From assembly GCA_031253365.1 (NCBI GenBank), contig JAIRWE010000107.1:1-32323 (forward strand): 32,323 bases of DNA, written 5' to 3'. Below the pieces are notes generated by a model, which saw only the letters and a program-made list of their open reading frames with translations, was not told the origin of the DNA and did no database searches. Below are positions 1-12,600 of this stretch, in pieces. The DNA is from Oscillospiraceae bacterium. GTDB taxonomy: Bacteria; Bacillota; Clostridia; Oscillospirales; Ruminococcaceae. Position numbers and translations under genes: made by a program. Numbering within the stretch: position 1 is the first letter of the stretch; each line of letters begins with the position of its first letter.

Positions 1-83
1 CCTGCGGACGCAGTCCGCTCGACTTGCATGTGTTAGGCGCGCCGCCAGCGTTCGTCCTGAGCCAGGATCAAACTCTTTATTAA
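1..83 (-). rRNA. rrs: 16S rRNA, 5' end only (runs off the left edge of the window)
   Basis: Reverse complement reads AGAGTTTGATCCTGGCTCAG (27F site, 57-76) then GACGAACGCTGGCGGCGCGCCTAACACATGCAAGTCGA. The mature 5' end is estimated at ~7 nt upstream of the 27F site. Confidence 0.97.
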
Positions 84-208
84 GTTTGTATAATTACGCG
101 GATTTCTCCGCGCAGTTACCTTTGCTCTGTCTCAACGCTAACTTGTTTGTTAAGTTTGCTTAATCCAGAATTATTTTTAGAATTTCAGGTAATGTTTTGT
201 ATTGTTCA

Positions 209-241
209 ATTTTCAAGGAACAGTTCGCGGCAATCCGCGAA
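209..241 (-). promoter_or_regulatory. rrn leader antitermination region (boxB-like hairpin followed by boxA-like element)
   Basis: Hairpin TTCGCGG-N4-CCGCGAA (224-241) immediately precedes TGTTCCTTGAAAAT (222-209, minus strand), which resembles the Firmicute boxA. It lies between the rrn promoter and 16S. Confidence 0.65.
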
Positions 242-268
242 GCCCGCCCCCGAGGGGACAGCTCTGTT

Positions 269-297
269 ATGATACCACGTTTCTTTGTTGTTGTCAA
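269..297 (-). promoter_or_regulatory. sigma-A promoter of the rRNA operon
   Basis: Minus strand: TTGACA (297-292), 17 bp spacer, TATCAT (274-269) with extended TG. A/T tracts upstream (301-345) look like an UP element. Confidence 0.85.
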
Positions 298-425
298 GAG
301 AAATTTTTGAGATTTTTCCGTTTTTGAGCGTCTTTTTTTTGAAATAACTTGTTTTTTCAGTGTTTGTCCGTGTTTTATAGGCGCAAAACAGCACGCGCGG
401 CTGCGTGTACCTTGCGGCGGAAAGC

Positions 426-2448
<2,023 letters not shown>

Positions 2449-2455
2449 CTGTATT

Positions 2456-2965
2456 ATGAAAACAAAAGGCGTAATTTTCGACATGGACGGAACGCTCCTT
2501 GATTCCATGCATCTGTGGCGCGGGGATTACAGCGGCGTTTCGCTCCGTGAGGGATATAACGGGAAGCTGTCGTTAAAAGACGGCGCGCTTGATTTTTTGG
2601 ACAGGCTTCGCGAAAATAAAATCAAGACGGTTCTCGCCACGGCAACCGACCGTCGTTTCGTTCGACCCGCGATTGAAAACGCGGGGATTTCGGGTTATTT
2701 TGAAACGATTTTAACCTGCGGGGAAGTCGGTTCGGAAAAGCATACCCCCTTGATTTATTACAAGGCGCTGGATTTCCTCGGGTTGGGAAAAGACGAGGTG
2801 TGGGTGTTCGAGGACGCGCATTACGCCGTTCAAACGGCGAAATCAGCGGGGTTCAAGGTCGTCGGCGTTTACGATAAATGGGCGTATAACCAAGATAAAA
2901 TCGCGCTTTTATGCGATATATACATAAAATCGTTCAAAGAAGTCGACGTCGGCGATTTGGGTTAG
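2456..2965 (+). CDS. HAD-superfamily phosphatase (subfamily IA-like, short cap)
   Basis: Motif I FDMDGTLLDS, motif II LATAT, motif III Lys (SEKHTP), motif IV VFEDAHYAV. Confidence 0.9.
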   Translation: MKTKGVIFDMDGTLLDSMHLWRGDYSGVSLREGYNGKLSLKDGALDFLDRLRENKIKTVLATATDRRFVRPAIENAGISGYFETILTCGEVGSEKHTPLIYYKALDFLGLGKDEVWVFEDAHYAVQTAKSAGFKVVGVYDKWAYNQDKIALLCDIYIKSFKEVDVGDLG

Positions 2966-2977
2966 ATTACGCCTACC

Positions 2978-5008
2978 TCACGGTTCCTCCCCGAACGCCA
3001 AATCGTCTCCCTCGTACAGCGCGATTCCCGCGGCTTTTTTCAGCTGCCCCGAACCGCCCATATCCTTGTACGACGGGTCGTTGCCGTTATCCCACGCGCC
3101 CGCGCTTGTCATTCTGAACTGCACCTCGCATTTATATTGGCTCTGCCCGCCAGGGTAAATCTTATACCCCGAAAAGTCAATTTCCACGTAATAAATATCG
3201 TCTTTCCACCGCTTAACCTCCGAAATTTTGCCGCCCTGCATATAATTGGCGTTCACGCCGATTGCCGAGGCGTCGCCGCTTATTTCCGACAAATCAAAGA
3301 AATACCGAATTTTCAGGTTTTCGGTAACTCTCGCGGGCCAGCCGGTTTGATTGTAAACGACAGCTTTTATTTCGACGAAGTTATCGCCCGCCGCGTTCAC
3401 GCCCGCCTCGACGAAAAGCTCGTCGCCTTTTTTTTCGACGGCGTTAAGGTCGGCGATAAGGGTTCCGCCGTAAACGCCGTACATTTTAGCCAACGCCGCC
3501 GTAAACCCCGCATTGTAATCGCAGGCGACCTCGTTGTTGACATAATTTCCCACGTCGTCGCTGTAATCGTCGTTGTTCCCGGGACCGCCCACCAGCGCGC
3601 CCGTAAGAACGTGCCGCCCGGGGCTGGGATTGTTCATGTTATCCGTCCACGAGCCCTGCGCCGTTCTGTGGTGCGGGTTTACCGGGGGATTTTCGCCGAA
3701 TCCGCAGACGAAGCTACGTCCCGTGCTTCCGAGCGCGTAATCAACCTGCGAAACCGCGAAGTCCCAATAAACGGTTTTCTTCGCCGGGGGGCAGCCGCTC
3801 CACTGAGAGTACACGCCGGCGAGATAAGACATCGTGGTCGCGTATCTCAGCGAACCCCACTGGTCAAGCCACGCCAGACCTTTCGGGGTATACCGAATTT
3901 TTTCGCCGCCCGTTCCCGTCGTCCAAAAATCCAGGTTCTTCTCAATCATGTCCTTGTATTTGGAATCGCCCGTTTCCATCGCCAGCAAAAGCGCGGTTCC
4001 CGCCGTCACGTTGTCCCAGCAATGCGCCCACGTATAGTAATCGCCGTTTGCCGCCGTTTCGACGTAAGATTTCGCTTTGTCAAGGTAAGACTTTTCGTTT
4101 GTCGCTTTATACAGCCAAAACGCCGCCGACGCCAACTCGTCGTTCCAACCGCTCCACGACTGGTAAAATCCGTTCGCCGCGGTGTAGCCCGCGTCGCTTT
4201 TGGTTGTTTCCGCAAAGGCGAAAAGCTCCTCGGCGTGTTTTACGCACAAGTCGGAATAATATGCGTCGTATTCCGCGTAGACCACCGCGCACGACGCGAG
4301 AGCCGCCGCCGCCGCCGCCGACACCGTCGAGCCGGGGTTGTTTTTATCGACTTTATGGGCGGGTCGTTTCATTTGCATCGCCTCGGCGGGGCCCCACCAG
4401 GAATGGTCGGCGCCTCCGTCGCCCACTTGATAGTAATAGACTTCGGGTTCGGGGTGGCACTTGATGAAATAATCGTTCGCCCATCTTATGGAATCAAGTA
4501 TGTGGGAAAGCTCGCCGCCCGCGATATAGCTTTGTTTGTCCTCGTAAACGCTCCACGCGAGCATGGTCGCGGAATACGCCATGGGCAAATTGAATTTCAC
4601 ATGGTCGCCCGCGTCGTACCAACCGCCCGTTAAGTCAATCCCGACGTCCTCGCCGTCGCTCAGAGCCGAAGCGCCGCGCCAGTTTGTTCGGATTTCGTCC
4701 GGAAGCGCGCCGGAACGCTGCAATTCATAAAAAAGGATTGCCTTTTGCCAAGCCTCGCCGTAGTTGTAGTTCCCGCTTTCGGGAATGGGTTCGTAACCGC
4801 CCGGGTCGGGAATTGACGCGCCGCCGCTCGTATCGGGAACAGCCGCGTCCTTGCCCGAGGAAGAATTACCGTCGCCGTTTGAAGAAAAATTATCGGGAGC
4901 GTCGATTTCGGGAACGGTTTTTCCGCCGCTGAGAAGGACAAACGTCGTTATGTTCACGGCTAAGAGGATTACGACGGTCGTAAGCAACGCGATGTTGAGC
5001 TTTTTCAT
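2978..5008 (-). CDS. GH9 endoglucanase with C-terminal CBM3c and N-terminal hydrophobic anchor/signal
   Basis: GH9 motifs [21 protein letters not shown] and [14 protein letters not shown]3c-like C-terminus ([10 protein letters not shown]...NQTGWPAR...EVQFR...WDNGNDPSY). Start ATG 5008 behind SD GGAGGTGA. No dockerin. Confidence 0.93.
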   Translation of the reverse strand: MKKLNIALLTTVVILLAVNITTFVLLSGGKTVPEIDAPDNFSSNGDGNSSSGKDAAVPDTSGGASIPDPGGYEPIPESGNYNYGEAWQKAILFYELQRSGALPDEIRTNWRGASALSDGEDVGIDLTGGWYDAGDHVKFNLPMAYSATMLAWSVYEDKQSYIAGGELSHILDSIRWANDYFIKCHPEPEVYYYQVGDGGADHSWWGPAEAMQMKRPAHKVDKNNPGSTVSAAAAAALASCAVVYAEYDAYYSDLCVKHAEELFAFAETTKSDAGYTAANGFYQSWSGWNDELASAAFWLYKATNEKSYLDKAKSYVETAANGDYYTWAHCWDNVTAGTALLLAMETGDSKYKDMIEKNLDFWTTGTGGEKIRYTPKGLAWLDQWGSLRYATTMSYLAGVYSQWSGCPPAKKTVYWDFAVSQVDYALGSTGRSFVCGFGENPPVNPHHRTAQGSWTDNMNNPSPGRHVLTGALVGGPGNNDDYSDDVGNYVNNEVACDYNAGFTAALAKMYGVYGGTLIADLNAVEKKGDELFVEAGVNAAGDNFVEIKAVVYNQTGWPARVTENLKIRYFFDLSEISGDASAIGVNANYMQGGKISEVKRWKDDIYYVEIDFSGYKIYPGGQSQYKCEVQFRMTSAGAWDNGNDPSYKDMGGSGQLKKAAGIALYEGDDLAFGEEP

Positions 5009-5034
5009 GGTCACCTCCGCGATACGGGCAATTT

Positions 5035-5071
5035 CCGAAAAACAGCGCAACATCATTGCTGCGCTGTTCGG
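5035..5071 (-). terminator. Intrinsic terminator-like hairpin after tuf
   Basis: Minus strand: CAGCGCAGCA-ATGA-TGTTGCGCTG (10 bp stem with one G-U pair) followed by TTTTT. Confidence 0.7.
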
Positions 5072-5103
5072 TTAAAAAGTTTTCCGCCGCCTTTACGCGG
5101 TGA

Positions 5104-6306
5104 TTATTCGTTTACCTTAATTACCGCTCCGGAACCGACGGTGCGCCCGCCTTCGCGGATGGCGAAACGAGAGCCTTCTTCAATCGCTATCGGCGTGATT
5201 AACTCGACGTCAATGGTTACGTGGTCGCCGGGCATACACATTTCCTTATCGGCGGACAGCTTGATAACGCCGGTTACGTCGGTCGTGCCGAAGAAGAACT
5301 GCGGTCTGTAATTGGAGAAGAACGGAGTGTGACGCCCGCCTTCGTCTTTGGTGAGAACGTATATTTCCGCCGAAAAATTCGTGTGGGGGCGAATGGAACC
5401 GGGTTTGCATATAACCTGACCGCGCTTGATTTCGGTTCTTGCCACGCCTCTGAGGAGAACGCCGATATTGTCGCCCGCTTCCGCCTGGTCGAGCAGTTTG
5501 TGGAACATTTCGATACCGGTGGCGACGGTGGAGCGGGGTTCGTCGGAAAGCCCCACGATTTCCACAGGGTCGTTCAGCTTGAGGGTACCCCTCTCGACGC
5601 GCCCCGTGGCGACCGTTCCGCGACCGGGAATGGTGGTAACGGACTCAACCGACATCATAAAGGGCATATCGCTCTTGCGTTCGGGCGTGGGTATGAACTC
5701 GTCAACCGCCTTCATAATCTCATGGATACAGTTAAATTCGGGTGACGCGATATCCTGGCTGGTCGATTCAAGCGCGTCCCTCGCGGAACCGCGCACGATG
5801 GGCGTGTCGTCCCCGGGGAAGCCGTTCTTGTTGAGAATGTCGCGAATATCCATTTCGACAAGCTCCAAAAGCTCCTCGTCGTCAACCTCGTCGCATTTAT
5901 TGATAAATACCACCATGGCGGGGACATTAACCTGTTTCGCCAGCAAAATATGCTCCTTCGTCTGCGCCATGGGTCCGTCCGTACCCGCGACCACGAGAAT
6001 GGCGCCGTCCATTTGCGCCGCGCCGGTAATCATGTTCTTGATGTAGTCGGCGTGTCCGGGACAGTCAACGTGAGCATAGTGGCGAGCGTCGGTTTCGTAC
6101 TCGACGTGAGCGGTGTTGATTGTAATTCCGCGTTCCCTTTCTTCCGGGGCCTTGTCTATCATGTCATAAGACTCAAACTTCGCCTTACCCGCGAAAGAGA
6201 GAACTTTCGTAATGGCTGCCGTCAATGTGGTTTTGCCGTGGTCGACGTGACCGATTGTACCGATGTTGACATGGGGTTTGTTACGTTCAAACTTTTGTTT
6301 TGCCAT
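5104..6306 (-). CDS. tuf: Elongation factor Tu
   Basis: [47 protein letters not shown]. Follows fusA. Confidence 0.99.
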   Translation of the reverse strand: MAKQKFERNKPHVNIGTIGHVDHGKTTLTAAITKVLSFAGKAKFESYDMIDKAPEERERGITINTAHVEYETDARHYAHVDCPGHADYIKNMITGAAQMDGAILVVAGTDGPMAQTKEHILLAKQVNVPAMVVFINKCDEVDDEELLELVEMDIRDILNKNGFPGDDTPIVRGSARDALESTSQDIASPEFNCIHEIMKAVDEFIPTPERKSDMPFMMSVESVTTIPGRGTVATGRVERGTLKLNDPVEIVGLSDEPRSTVATGIEMFHKLLDQAEAGDNIGVLLRGVARTEIKRGQVICKPGSIRPHTNFSAEIYVLTKDEGGRHTPFFSNYRPQFFFGTTDVTGVIKLSADKEMCMPGDHVTIDVELITPIAIEEGSRFAIREGGRTVGSGAVIKVNE

Positions 6307-6347
6307 TTTTGTCTCCTCCTGATTGCTTTGTTTTGGTTGCAGTTTTT

Positions 6348-6376
6348 ATTCTAACAGATTTTTTCGTAAAAAACAA
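6348..6376 (-). promoter_or_regulatory. Internal tuf promoter in the fusA-tuf spacer
   Basis: TTGTTT (6376-6371), 17 bp spacer, TAGAAT (6353-6348) with extended TG, in an AT-rich spacer. Confidence 0.6.
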
Positions 6377-6401
6377 GTGTTTTCGCAATAATTTTTCGTC
6401 G

Positions 6402-8477
6402 CTACCGCGCTCTGTCGGTTTTAATCCCCTCGATGATTGATTTCGGGACTTCAATGTAATGACCGGGTTCCATGACGTACTGACCGCGCCCCTGCGTTTT
6501 TGAGCGCAGGTCGTTTGAGTAACCGAACATTTCCGACAGCGGGACGAAGGCGTTGATTTGCTTAACCCCGGCGCTGTCGTCTATTCCGGAAATCGTGCCT
6601 CGCCGCGCGCTCAAATCCCCGATGACGTCGCCCATGTAATCCTCCGGAACGGTAACGCTGACCTTCATAATCGGTTCGAGCAGTATGGGGGCGGCTTTTC
6701 GCGACGCTTCTTTGAAGGACATCGAACCCGCGATTCTGAACGCCATTTCGGACGAGTCAACCTCGTGGAACGAGCCGTCGTACAGGGTTACCTTTACGTC
6801 CACGACGGGATAACCCGCCAGCGTACCCGCCATCATGGCGCCCCTTATCCCCGCGTCAACCGCCGGGATATATTCCTTCGGAATGGTTCCGCCGACAATC
6901 TTATTGATAAATTCATACCCTTTGCCGGACTCGTTGGGTTCGACGCGGATTTTCACGTGGGCGTACTGCCCCTTGCCTCCGGTTTGCCGCGCGTATTTCG
7001 TTTCATGTTCGACCGCGAGCGTTATCGTTTCCTTATACGCGACCTGCGGCACGCCCACGTTCGCTTCCACCTTAAATTCGCGCAACAAGCGGTCGACAAT
7101 GATTTCAAGGTGCAATTCGCCCATCCCCGCGATGATTGTCTGCCCCGTCTCGCTGTCCGTCCATGTTTTGAACGTCGGGTCTTCTTCCGCCAACCTGGAA
7201 AGGGCGATGCCCATTTTTTCCTGTCCCGCTTTGGTTCTCGGCTCAATCGCGAGGTCGATTACGGGTTCCGGGAAATCCATGGATTCAAGCGTGACGGGAT
7301 GGCTCTCGTCGCAAAGGGTGTCGCCGGTCGTCGTGTTTTTCAGCCCTACCGCCGCCGCGATATCGCCGGAATAACAAACGTCCAAATCCTGACGGTGATT
7401 GGCGTGCATTTGCAGGATTCTGCCCATGCGTTCCTTTTTGCTTTTCGTGGCGTTCAGAACGCCGCAGCCGGCCGCGACTTTGCCGGAATAAACGCGGAAA
7501 AAGCACAGCTTCCCCACGAACGGGTCGGTGGCGATTTTGAACGCCAACGCGGAAAAAGGCTCGTCGTCGGAGGATTTCCGCTCACATTCCTCGCCGCTCT
7601 TCGGATTTACCCCCTTTATCGGGGGAACGTCCGTCGGGGCGGGCATATAATCAACAATCGCGTCTAGCAATTTCTGGACGCCTTTATTTTTGTAAGAAGT
7701 GCCGCAAACGACCGGAACCATCGCGTTCGCGATACACGCCTTCCTTATGCAGAGTTTCAGCTCGTCGACGGCGATTTCCTCGCCGTCGAGAAATTTCGCC
7801 ATTATTTCGTCGTCGTGTTCGCAGACCGCCTCCAAAAGCTCGTTGCGGTGTTTTTGAGCCAATTCCGACATATCGGCGGGGATTTCGGTGTCCTCCCATG
7901 TTTTGCCCAAGTCGTCGTCGTATATCCGGGCTTTCATTTCGACGAGGTCGATTATCCCCTTGAACGAATCCTCCGCGCCAATCGGCAGTTGAATAGGCAC
8001 GGGGTTGGTTTTCAGACGGTCTTTCATCATGTTTATGACTTTATAAAAATCCGCCCCGACAATATCCATCTTGTTCACGTAAGCCAACCGCGGAACCCGA
8101 TACTTATCCGCCTGTCTCCACACCGTTTCGGACTGAGGCTCGACGCCGCCCTTGGCGCAAAACACCGTCACCGAACCGTCAAGAACGCGCAAAGAACGCT
8201 CCACCTCGACCGTAAAATCAACGTGGCCCGGGGTGTCTATAATGTTGATTCTGTACTCTTTCCAGAACGCGGTGGTGGCCGCCGAAGTAATCGTAATCCC
8301 CCGCTCCTGCTCCTGCTCCATCCAATCCATCGTCGCGGTGCCGTCGTGAACTTCGCCGAGCTTATAGGTCTTCCCGGTGTAGAATAAAATCCTTTCGGTG
8401 GTAGTTGTTTTTCCCGCGTCAATATGAGCCATTATACCGATATTTCGGGTCATTTCGAGGGATACGTCTCTGCTCAT
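6402..8477 (-). CDS. fusA: Elongation factor G
   Basis: [50 protein letters not shown]. 691 aa, in str operon order. Confidence 0.99.
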   Translation of the reverse strand: MSRDVSLEMTRNIGIMAHIDAGKTTTTERILFYTGKTYKLGEVHDGTATMDWMEQEQERGITITSAATTAFWKEYRINIIDTPGHVDFTVEVERSLRVLDGSVTVFCAKGGVEPQSETVWRQADKYRVPRLAYVNKMDIVGADFYKVINMMKDRLKTNPVPIQLPIGAEDSFKGIIDLVEMKARIYDDDLGKTWEDTEIPADMSELAQKHRNELLEAVCEHDDEIMAKFLDGEEIAVDELKLCIRKACIANAMVPVVCGTSYKNKGVQKLLDAIVDYMPAPTDVPPIKGVNPKSGEECERKSSDDEPFSALAFKIATDPFVGKLCFFRVYSGKVAAGCGVLNATKSKKERMGRILQMHANHRQDLDVCYSGDIAAAVGLKNTTTGDTLCDESHPVTLESMDFPEPVIDLAIEPRTKAGQEKMGIALSRLAEEDPTFKTWTDSETGQTIIAGMGELHLEIIVDRLLREFKVEANVGVPQVAYKETITLAVEHETKYARQTGGKGQYAHVKIRVEPNESGKGYEFINKIVGGTIPKEYIPAVDAGIRGAMMAGTLAGYPVVDVKVTLYDGSFHEVDSSEMAFRIAGSMSFKEASRKAAPILLEPIMKVSVTVPEDYMGDVIGDLSARRGTISGIDDSAGVKQINAFVPLSEMFGYSNDLRSKTQGRGQYVMEPGHYIEVPKSIIEGIKTDRAR

Positions 8478-8502
8478 AAATCATCTGCCCTTACACTTAA
8501 AG

Positions 8503-8973
8503 CTACCATTTATAGTGTGCGAAAGCCTTGTTTGCTTCCGCCATTCTGTGGGTGTCGTCGCGCTTTTTGCACGCGCCGCCCCCGCCTTTTACGGCGTCGA
8601 GAATCTCGTTGGCAAGACGCTCTTTCATGGTCTTTTCCCCGCGATTCCTTGAATACTGCGTAAGCCAGCGAAGCCCCAAAGTCCTTTGCCTGTTCAGGTT
8701 CACGTCCATGGGAACCTGATACGTCGCCCCGCCCACGCGCCGCGCCTTAACCTCAAGACGGGGTTTAATATTTTCAAGGGCTTGTTCAAACATTTCAAGG
8801 GCGTCCTTCCCTGTTTTTTCGCCCACAATGTCGAACGCGCCGTAAACGATTTTCTGCGCCACGCCTTTCTTGCCGTCAAGCATAATGTTGTTTATGAGCC
8901 TTGTCACCAATTCGGAACCGTACATGGGGTCCGGCAAAACATCACGCTTGGGAACGTTACCTCTTCTCGGCAC
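8503..8973 (-). CDS. rpsG: 30S ribosomal protein S7
   Basis: (M)PRRG...[11 protein letters not shown]...[16 protein letters not shown] start at 8973 behind SD AAGGAGG. Confidence 0.98.
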   Translation of the reverse strand: MPRRGNVPKRDVLPDPMYGSELVTRLINNIMLDGKKGVAQKIVYGAFDIVGEKTGKDALEMFEQALENIKPRLEVKARRVGGATYQVPMDVNLNRQRTLGLRWLTQYSRNRGEKTMKERLANEILDAVKGGGGACKKRDDTHRMAEANKAFAHYKW

Positions 8974-9071
8974 TTTTCTTCCCTCCTTCAAATGATTGAA
9001 TTCATCGGTACTCAAAAGCTGAACCGCTTTTGCCGCCCGCGCCCCCCGCTCACGCGGTTAATGACGCCGGC

Positions 9072-9497
9072 TTATTTTCCCGTGGTTTTTTTCGGGCGTT
9101 TCGCCCCGTACTTCGACCTGCCCTGCATTCTCCCGTCGACGCCCTGCGCGTCAAGCGTTCCGCGAACGATATGATAACGCACGCCCGGCAAATCCTTAAC
9201 GCGTCCGCCCCTGATAAGGACGACGCTGTGTTCTTGAAGTTTGTGCCCTATTCCGGGAATGTAGGCGGTTACCTCAATGCCGTTGGAAAGCCTGACCCTC
9301 GCGATTTTCCTCATCGCGGAATTGGGTTTTTTGGGCGTATGCGTCCTTACCGCCGTGCAGACCCCGCGCTTTTGCGGCGAAGAATTGTCGGTCGCTGATT
9401 TTTTTAAGGTGTTAAGCCCTTTTTGAAGAGCCGGCGCCTTCGACTTTTTCCCCGACATTTCGCGCCCTTTCCTTACGAGCTGATTAAAAGTCGGCAA
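9072..9497 (-). CDS. rpsL: 30S ribosomal protein S12
   Basis: (M)[11 protein letters not shown]...[10 protein letters not shown]...[16 protein letters not shown] start at 9497 behind SD AGGAGG. Confidence 0.98.
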   Translation of the reverse strand: MPTFNQLVRKGREMSGKKSKAPALQKGLNTLKKSATDNSSPQKRGVCTAVRTHTPKKPNSAMRKIARVRLSNGIEVTAYIPGIGHKLQEHSVVLIRGGRVKDLPGVRYHIVRGTLDAQGVDGRMQGRSKYGAKRPKKTTGK

Positions 9498-9553
9498 TTT
9501 CTCTCCTCCTTTCCCTGTGGAATTGTACGCCGTATTTACACGCACACAAAGCG

Positions 9554-9582
9554 ATTATATACCGAAAAACGATAAAAGTCAA
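9554..9582 (-). promoter_or_regulatory. str operon promoter
   Basis: TTGACT (9582-9577), 17 bp spacer, TATAAT (9559-9554). Confidence 0.85.
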
Positions 9583-9635
9583 CCACCCCGAAAAAATTTC
9601 ACCCGAAATTTCTCCGAAAACGGGATTTCGGCGCG

Positions 9636-12600
9636 TCAGATTTCATCCCGCGACGCCATCCCCGTTCCCGCCGGAATGAGTTTGCCGATTATCACGTTTT
9701 CTTTAAGCCCCAAAAGCGGGTCCACCTTACCGTGAATCGCCGCCTCGGTAAGCACCCTCGTCGTTTCCTGGAATGAAGCCGCCGATAAAAAGCTGTCGGT
9801 GGCGAGCGACGCCTTCGTTATCCCCAGCAAAAGCGGGCTGTACGTCGGATGCTCTATCTTTTCCCCGCGTTTTTTGCGTTCGTCCAAGTCCGCGTTAATT
9901 CTGACGACTTCGTTTTTGTCAATCGCCGACGTGGGCAGAAGGTAACTGTCGCCGGGATTTTCAATCCTGACCTTGCGCATCATTTGGCGGACTATAACCT
10001 CAATGTGCTTATCGTTAATGTCGACGCCCTGCAAACGATAAACCTTCTGGACTTCCGCGATTATATAGTTTTGCACCGCCTGTTCGCCTTTCACGGAAAG
10101 AACGTCGTGCGGGTTGACGCTCCCTTCCGTTATGGGGTCGCCCGCGTCAATCCTGTCGCCCTCGTCCACTTTCAAACGGTAGCCGAACGGTACGGAATAA
10201 CTTTCCGCCGTGCCGTCGTCGGCGGTTACGGTAATGTGCCGCGTCTTCTTTATCTCCTCCACCTTGACGGTGCCGGCAATCCGCGACATAATCGCGCTGG
10301 ATTTGGGGCGGCGACTTTCAAAAAGTTCCTCGACGCGCGGCAGACCTTGCGTAATATCCTCCGCGGAAACGATACCGCCCGTGTGGAACGTTCTCATTGT
10401 AAGCTGGGTTCCGGGTTCGCCTATGGACTGCGCCGCGATTATTCCGACGGCTTCCCCGATTTTTATGGGTTGACCGTCCGCCAAAGACGCCCCGTAGCAT
10501 TTCGCGCAGACGCCGTGACGCGCCTCACAGGTAAGCACCGAACGGATTTTAACCGATTTTACGCCGGAATTGGCGATATACTGCGCGTCTTCATCCTTGA
10601 TTAGACGGGTGTTGGGTACGACGATGTTTCCGGCTTCGTCCTCAAAATCCTCAACCAGGAATCTGCCCTTCAGCCTTTCTTCCAGCGGCTCGATAAGCTC
10701 CTTGCCCTCGCGAATTTCATAAACGTCGATGCCGTTTTCGGTACAACAGTCGTCCGTCCTTATAATCACTTCCTGCGAAACGTCCACAAGCCGGCGGGTA
10801 AGATATCCGGAGTCCGCCGTGCGCAGGGCGGTGTCCGCCAAACCCTTTCTCGCGCCGCGCGAGGAAATGAAGTATTCCAAAATATTCAGCCCCTCGCGGT
10901 AATTGGAACGAATCGGGATTTCAATCGTTTCGCCGGACGTATTGGCGATAAGCCCCCTCATCCCCGCGAGCTGGCGAATCTGGTTTATGCTTCCCCTCGC
11001 TCCGGAATCCGCCATCATGTAAATCGGATTGGATTTTTTGAGGTTGTCCTTGAGCGCGTCGGAAACCTCGGCGGTCGCGCTGCTCCACACTTTAAGAACG
11101 GCGTCCTTGCGTTCGTGGTTTGAAATGAAACCTTGATTGAAATAACCGTTTATTTCTTCCACTTTGCTGTCCGCTTCCTCGAGAATTTTCTTCTTCTTCT
11201 CGGGGATTGACGCGTCGCTTACCGCGACGGTTATCGCCGCCTTCGTGGAGTATTTGAACCCCAAAGCCTTAATTTTATCAAGCACCTTCGCGGTGACGGA
11301 AGTTCCGTGGATTTTTATACATTTGTCGATAATCTGCTCTAATTGGCTCTTTCCGACTTTGAAGCTGATTTCGAGGTCCAAAGCGCGTTCGGGGTCGCTC
11401 CTGTCAACGAAGCCGAGGTTTTGCGGGATATGCTCGTTAAAGATAATCCTCCCCGCCGTCGTCGTAATGATTTTCGAGCGTCTTTCCTCGTTGATTTCTT
11501 TTGTAACGCGAACCTTTATGGTGGAATGAAGCGAGATTATCCCCTCGCCGTATGCCATCAAAGCCTCGTCGGAATCGCGGAACACTTTCAAGCCGCTTTC
11601 GCCGTTTTCGGTTTTATCGGCGGATTCCTTCAAATCGTTTTCGTCCACCGTCAAGTAATACGAACCCAACACCATATCCTGCGTGGGAACGACGACGGGG
11701 CGCCCGTCGGACGGTTTAAGCAGATTTTTGGCGGCGAGCATAAGAGTTTTCGCCTCGTTGCGCGCTTCGTCGGACAAAGGAAGATGAACCGCCATCTGGT
11801 CGCCGTCAAAATCGGCGTTGTACGCGGTACAAACAAGGGGATGCAGCTTTAAGGCGCGCCCCTCGACCAAAACGGGCGAGAACGCCTGTATTCCGAGCCT
11901 GTGAAGCGTGGGCGCGCGGTTCAAAAGAACGGGATGGTCTTTAATCACGTCTTCCAGCACGTCCCAAACGTCGTCCTTCGTGCGTTCTACCATTTTGCGC
12001 GCGTTCTTTATGTTGGCGGCCTTGCCGCGCTTTACAAGCTCCTTCATCACGAACGGCTTGAACAACTCAATCGCCATTTCTTTGGGTAAGCCGCATTGAT
12101 CCATCTTCAGGTCGGGGCCCACGACGATGACCGAACGCCCGGAATAATCCACGCGCTTGCCCAGCAGATTTTGGCGGAAACGGCCTTGCTTGCCTTTCAG
12201 CATATCGGAAAGCGATTTCAGCGGGCGGTTTGACGGGCCGGTAACGGGTCTTCCGTGCCTTCCGTTGTCGATAAGCGCGTCCACCGCTTCTTGCAGCATA
12301 CGCTTTTCGTTTCGTATGATTATTTCCGGCGCCCTGAGTTCTATCATTTTGTAAAGGCGGTTGTTCCTGTTGATAACCCTGCGGTAAAGGTCGTTCAAAT
12401 CCGAAGTCGCGAAACGCCCGCCGTCGAGCAGCACCATGGGGCGTATATCGGGGGGAATGACCGGAATTACGTCGAGCATCATCCATTCGGGGCAGGCGTC
12501 GCTTTTCCTGAACGCTTCGATAACGTCCAGCCTCTTCAAAAGTTTGAGCCGTTTTTGCCCCTGCTGGGTGTTTTGAAGCTGTTCTTTCAACTCGCGGGAA

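Noticed and set aside
4-18. Perfect hairpin GCGGAC-N3-GTCCGC at the start of 16S V1, a possible intervening sequence
   Set aside because: Truncated by the window edge; V1 is hypervariable and cannot be judged from ~20 nt.
4302-4319. (GCC)6 tract
   Set aside because: Encodes the Ala-rich helix of GH9; in frame and not a phase-variation tract.
3137-4633. 498 aa plus-strand ORF antisense to GH9, and similar long antisense ORFs over ligA, fusA, rpoBC and the kinase (e.g. 6558-7667, 17327-18418)
   Set aside because: Shadow ORFs expected from codon bias on the coding strand. They have no SD, no recognisable motifs and R/V/F-rich composition.
9600-9632. Inverted repeat CCGAAAT...ATTTCGG after rpoC as a terminator
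   Set aside because: Imperfect stem with no immediately adjacent U-tract; too weak to call.
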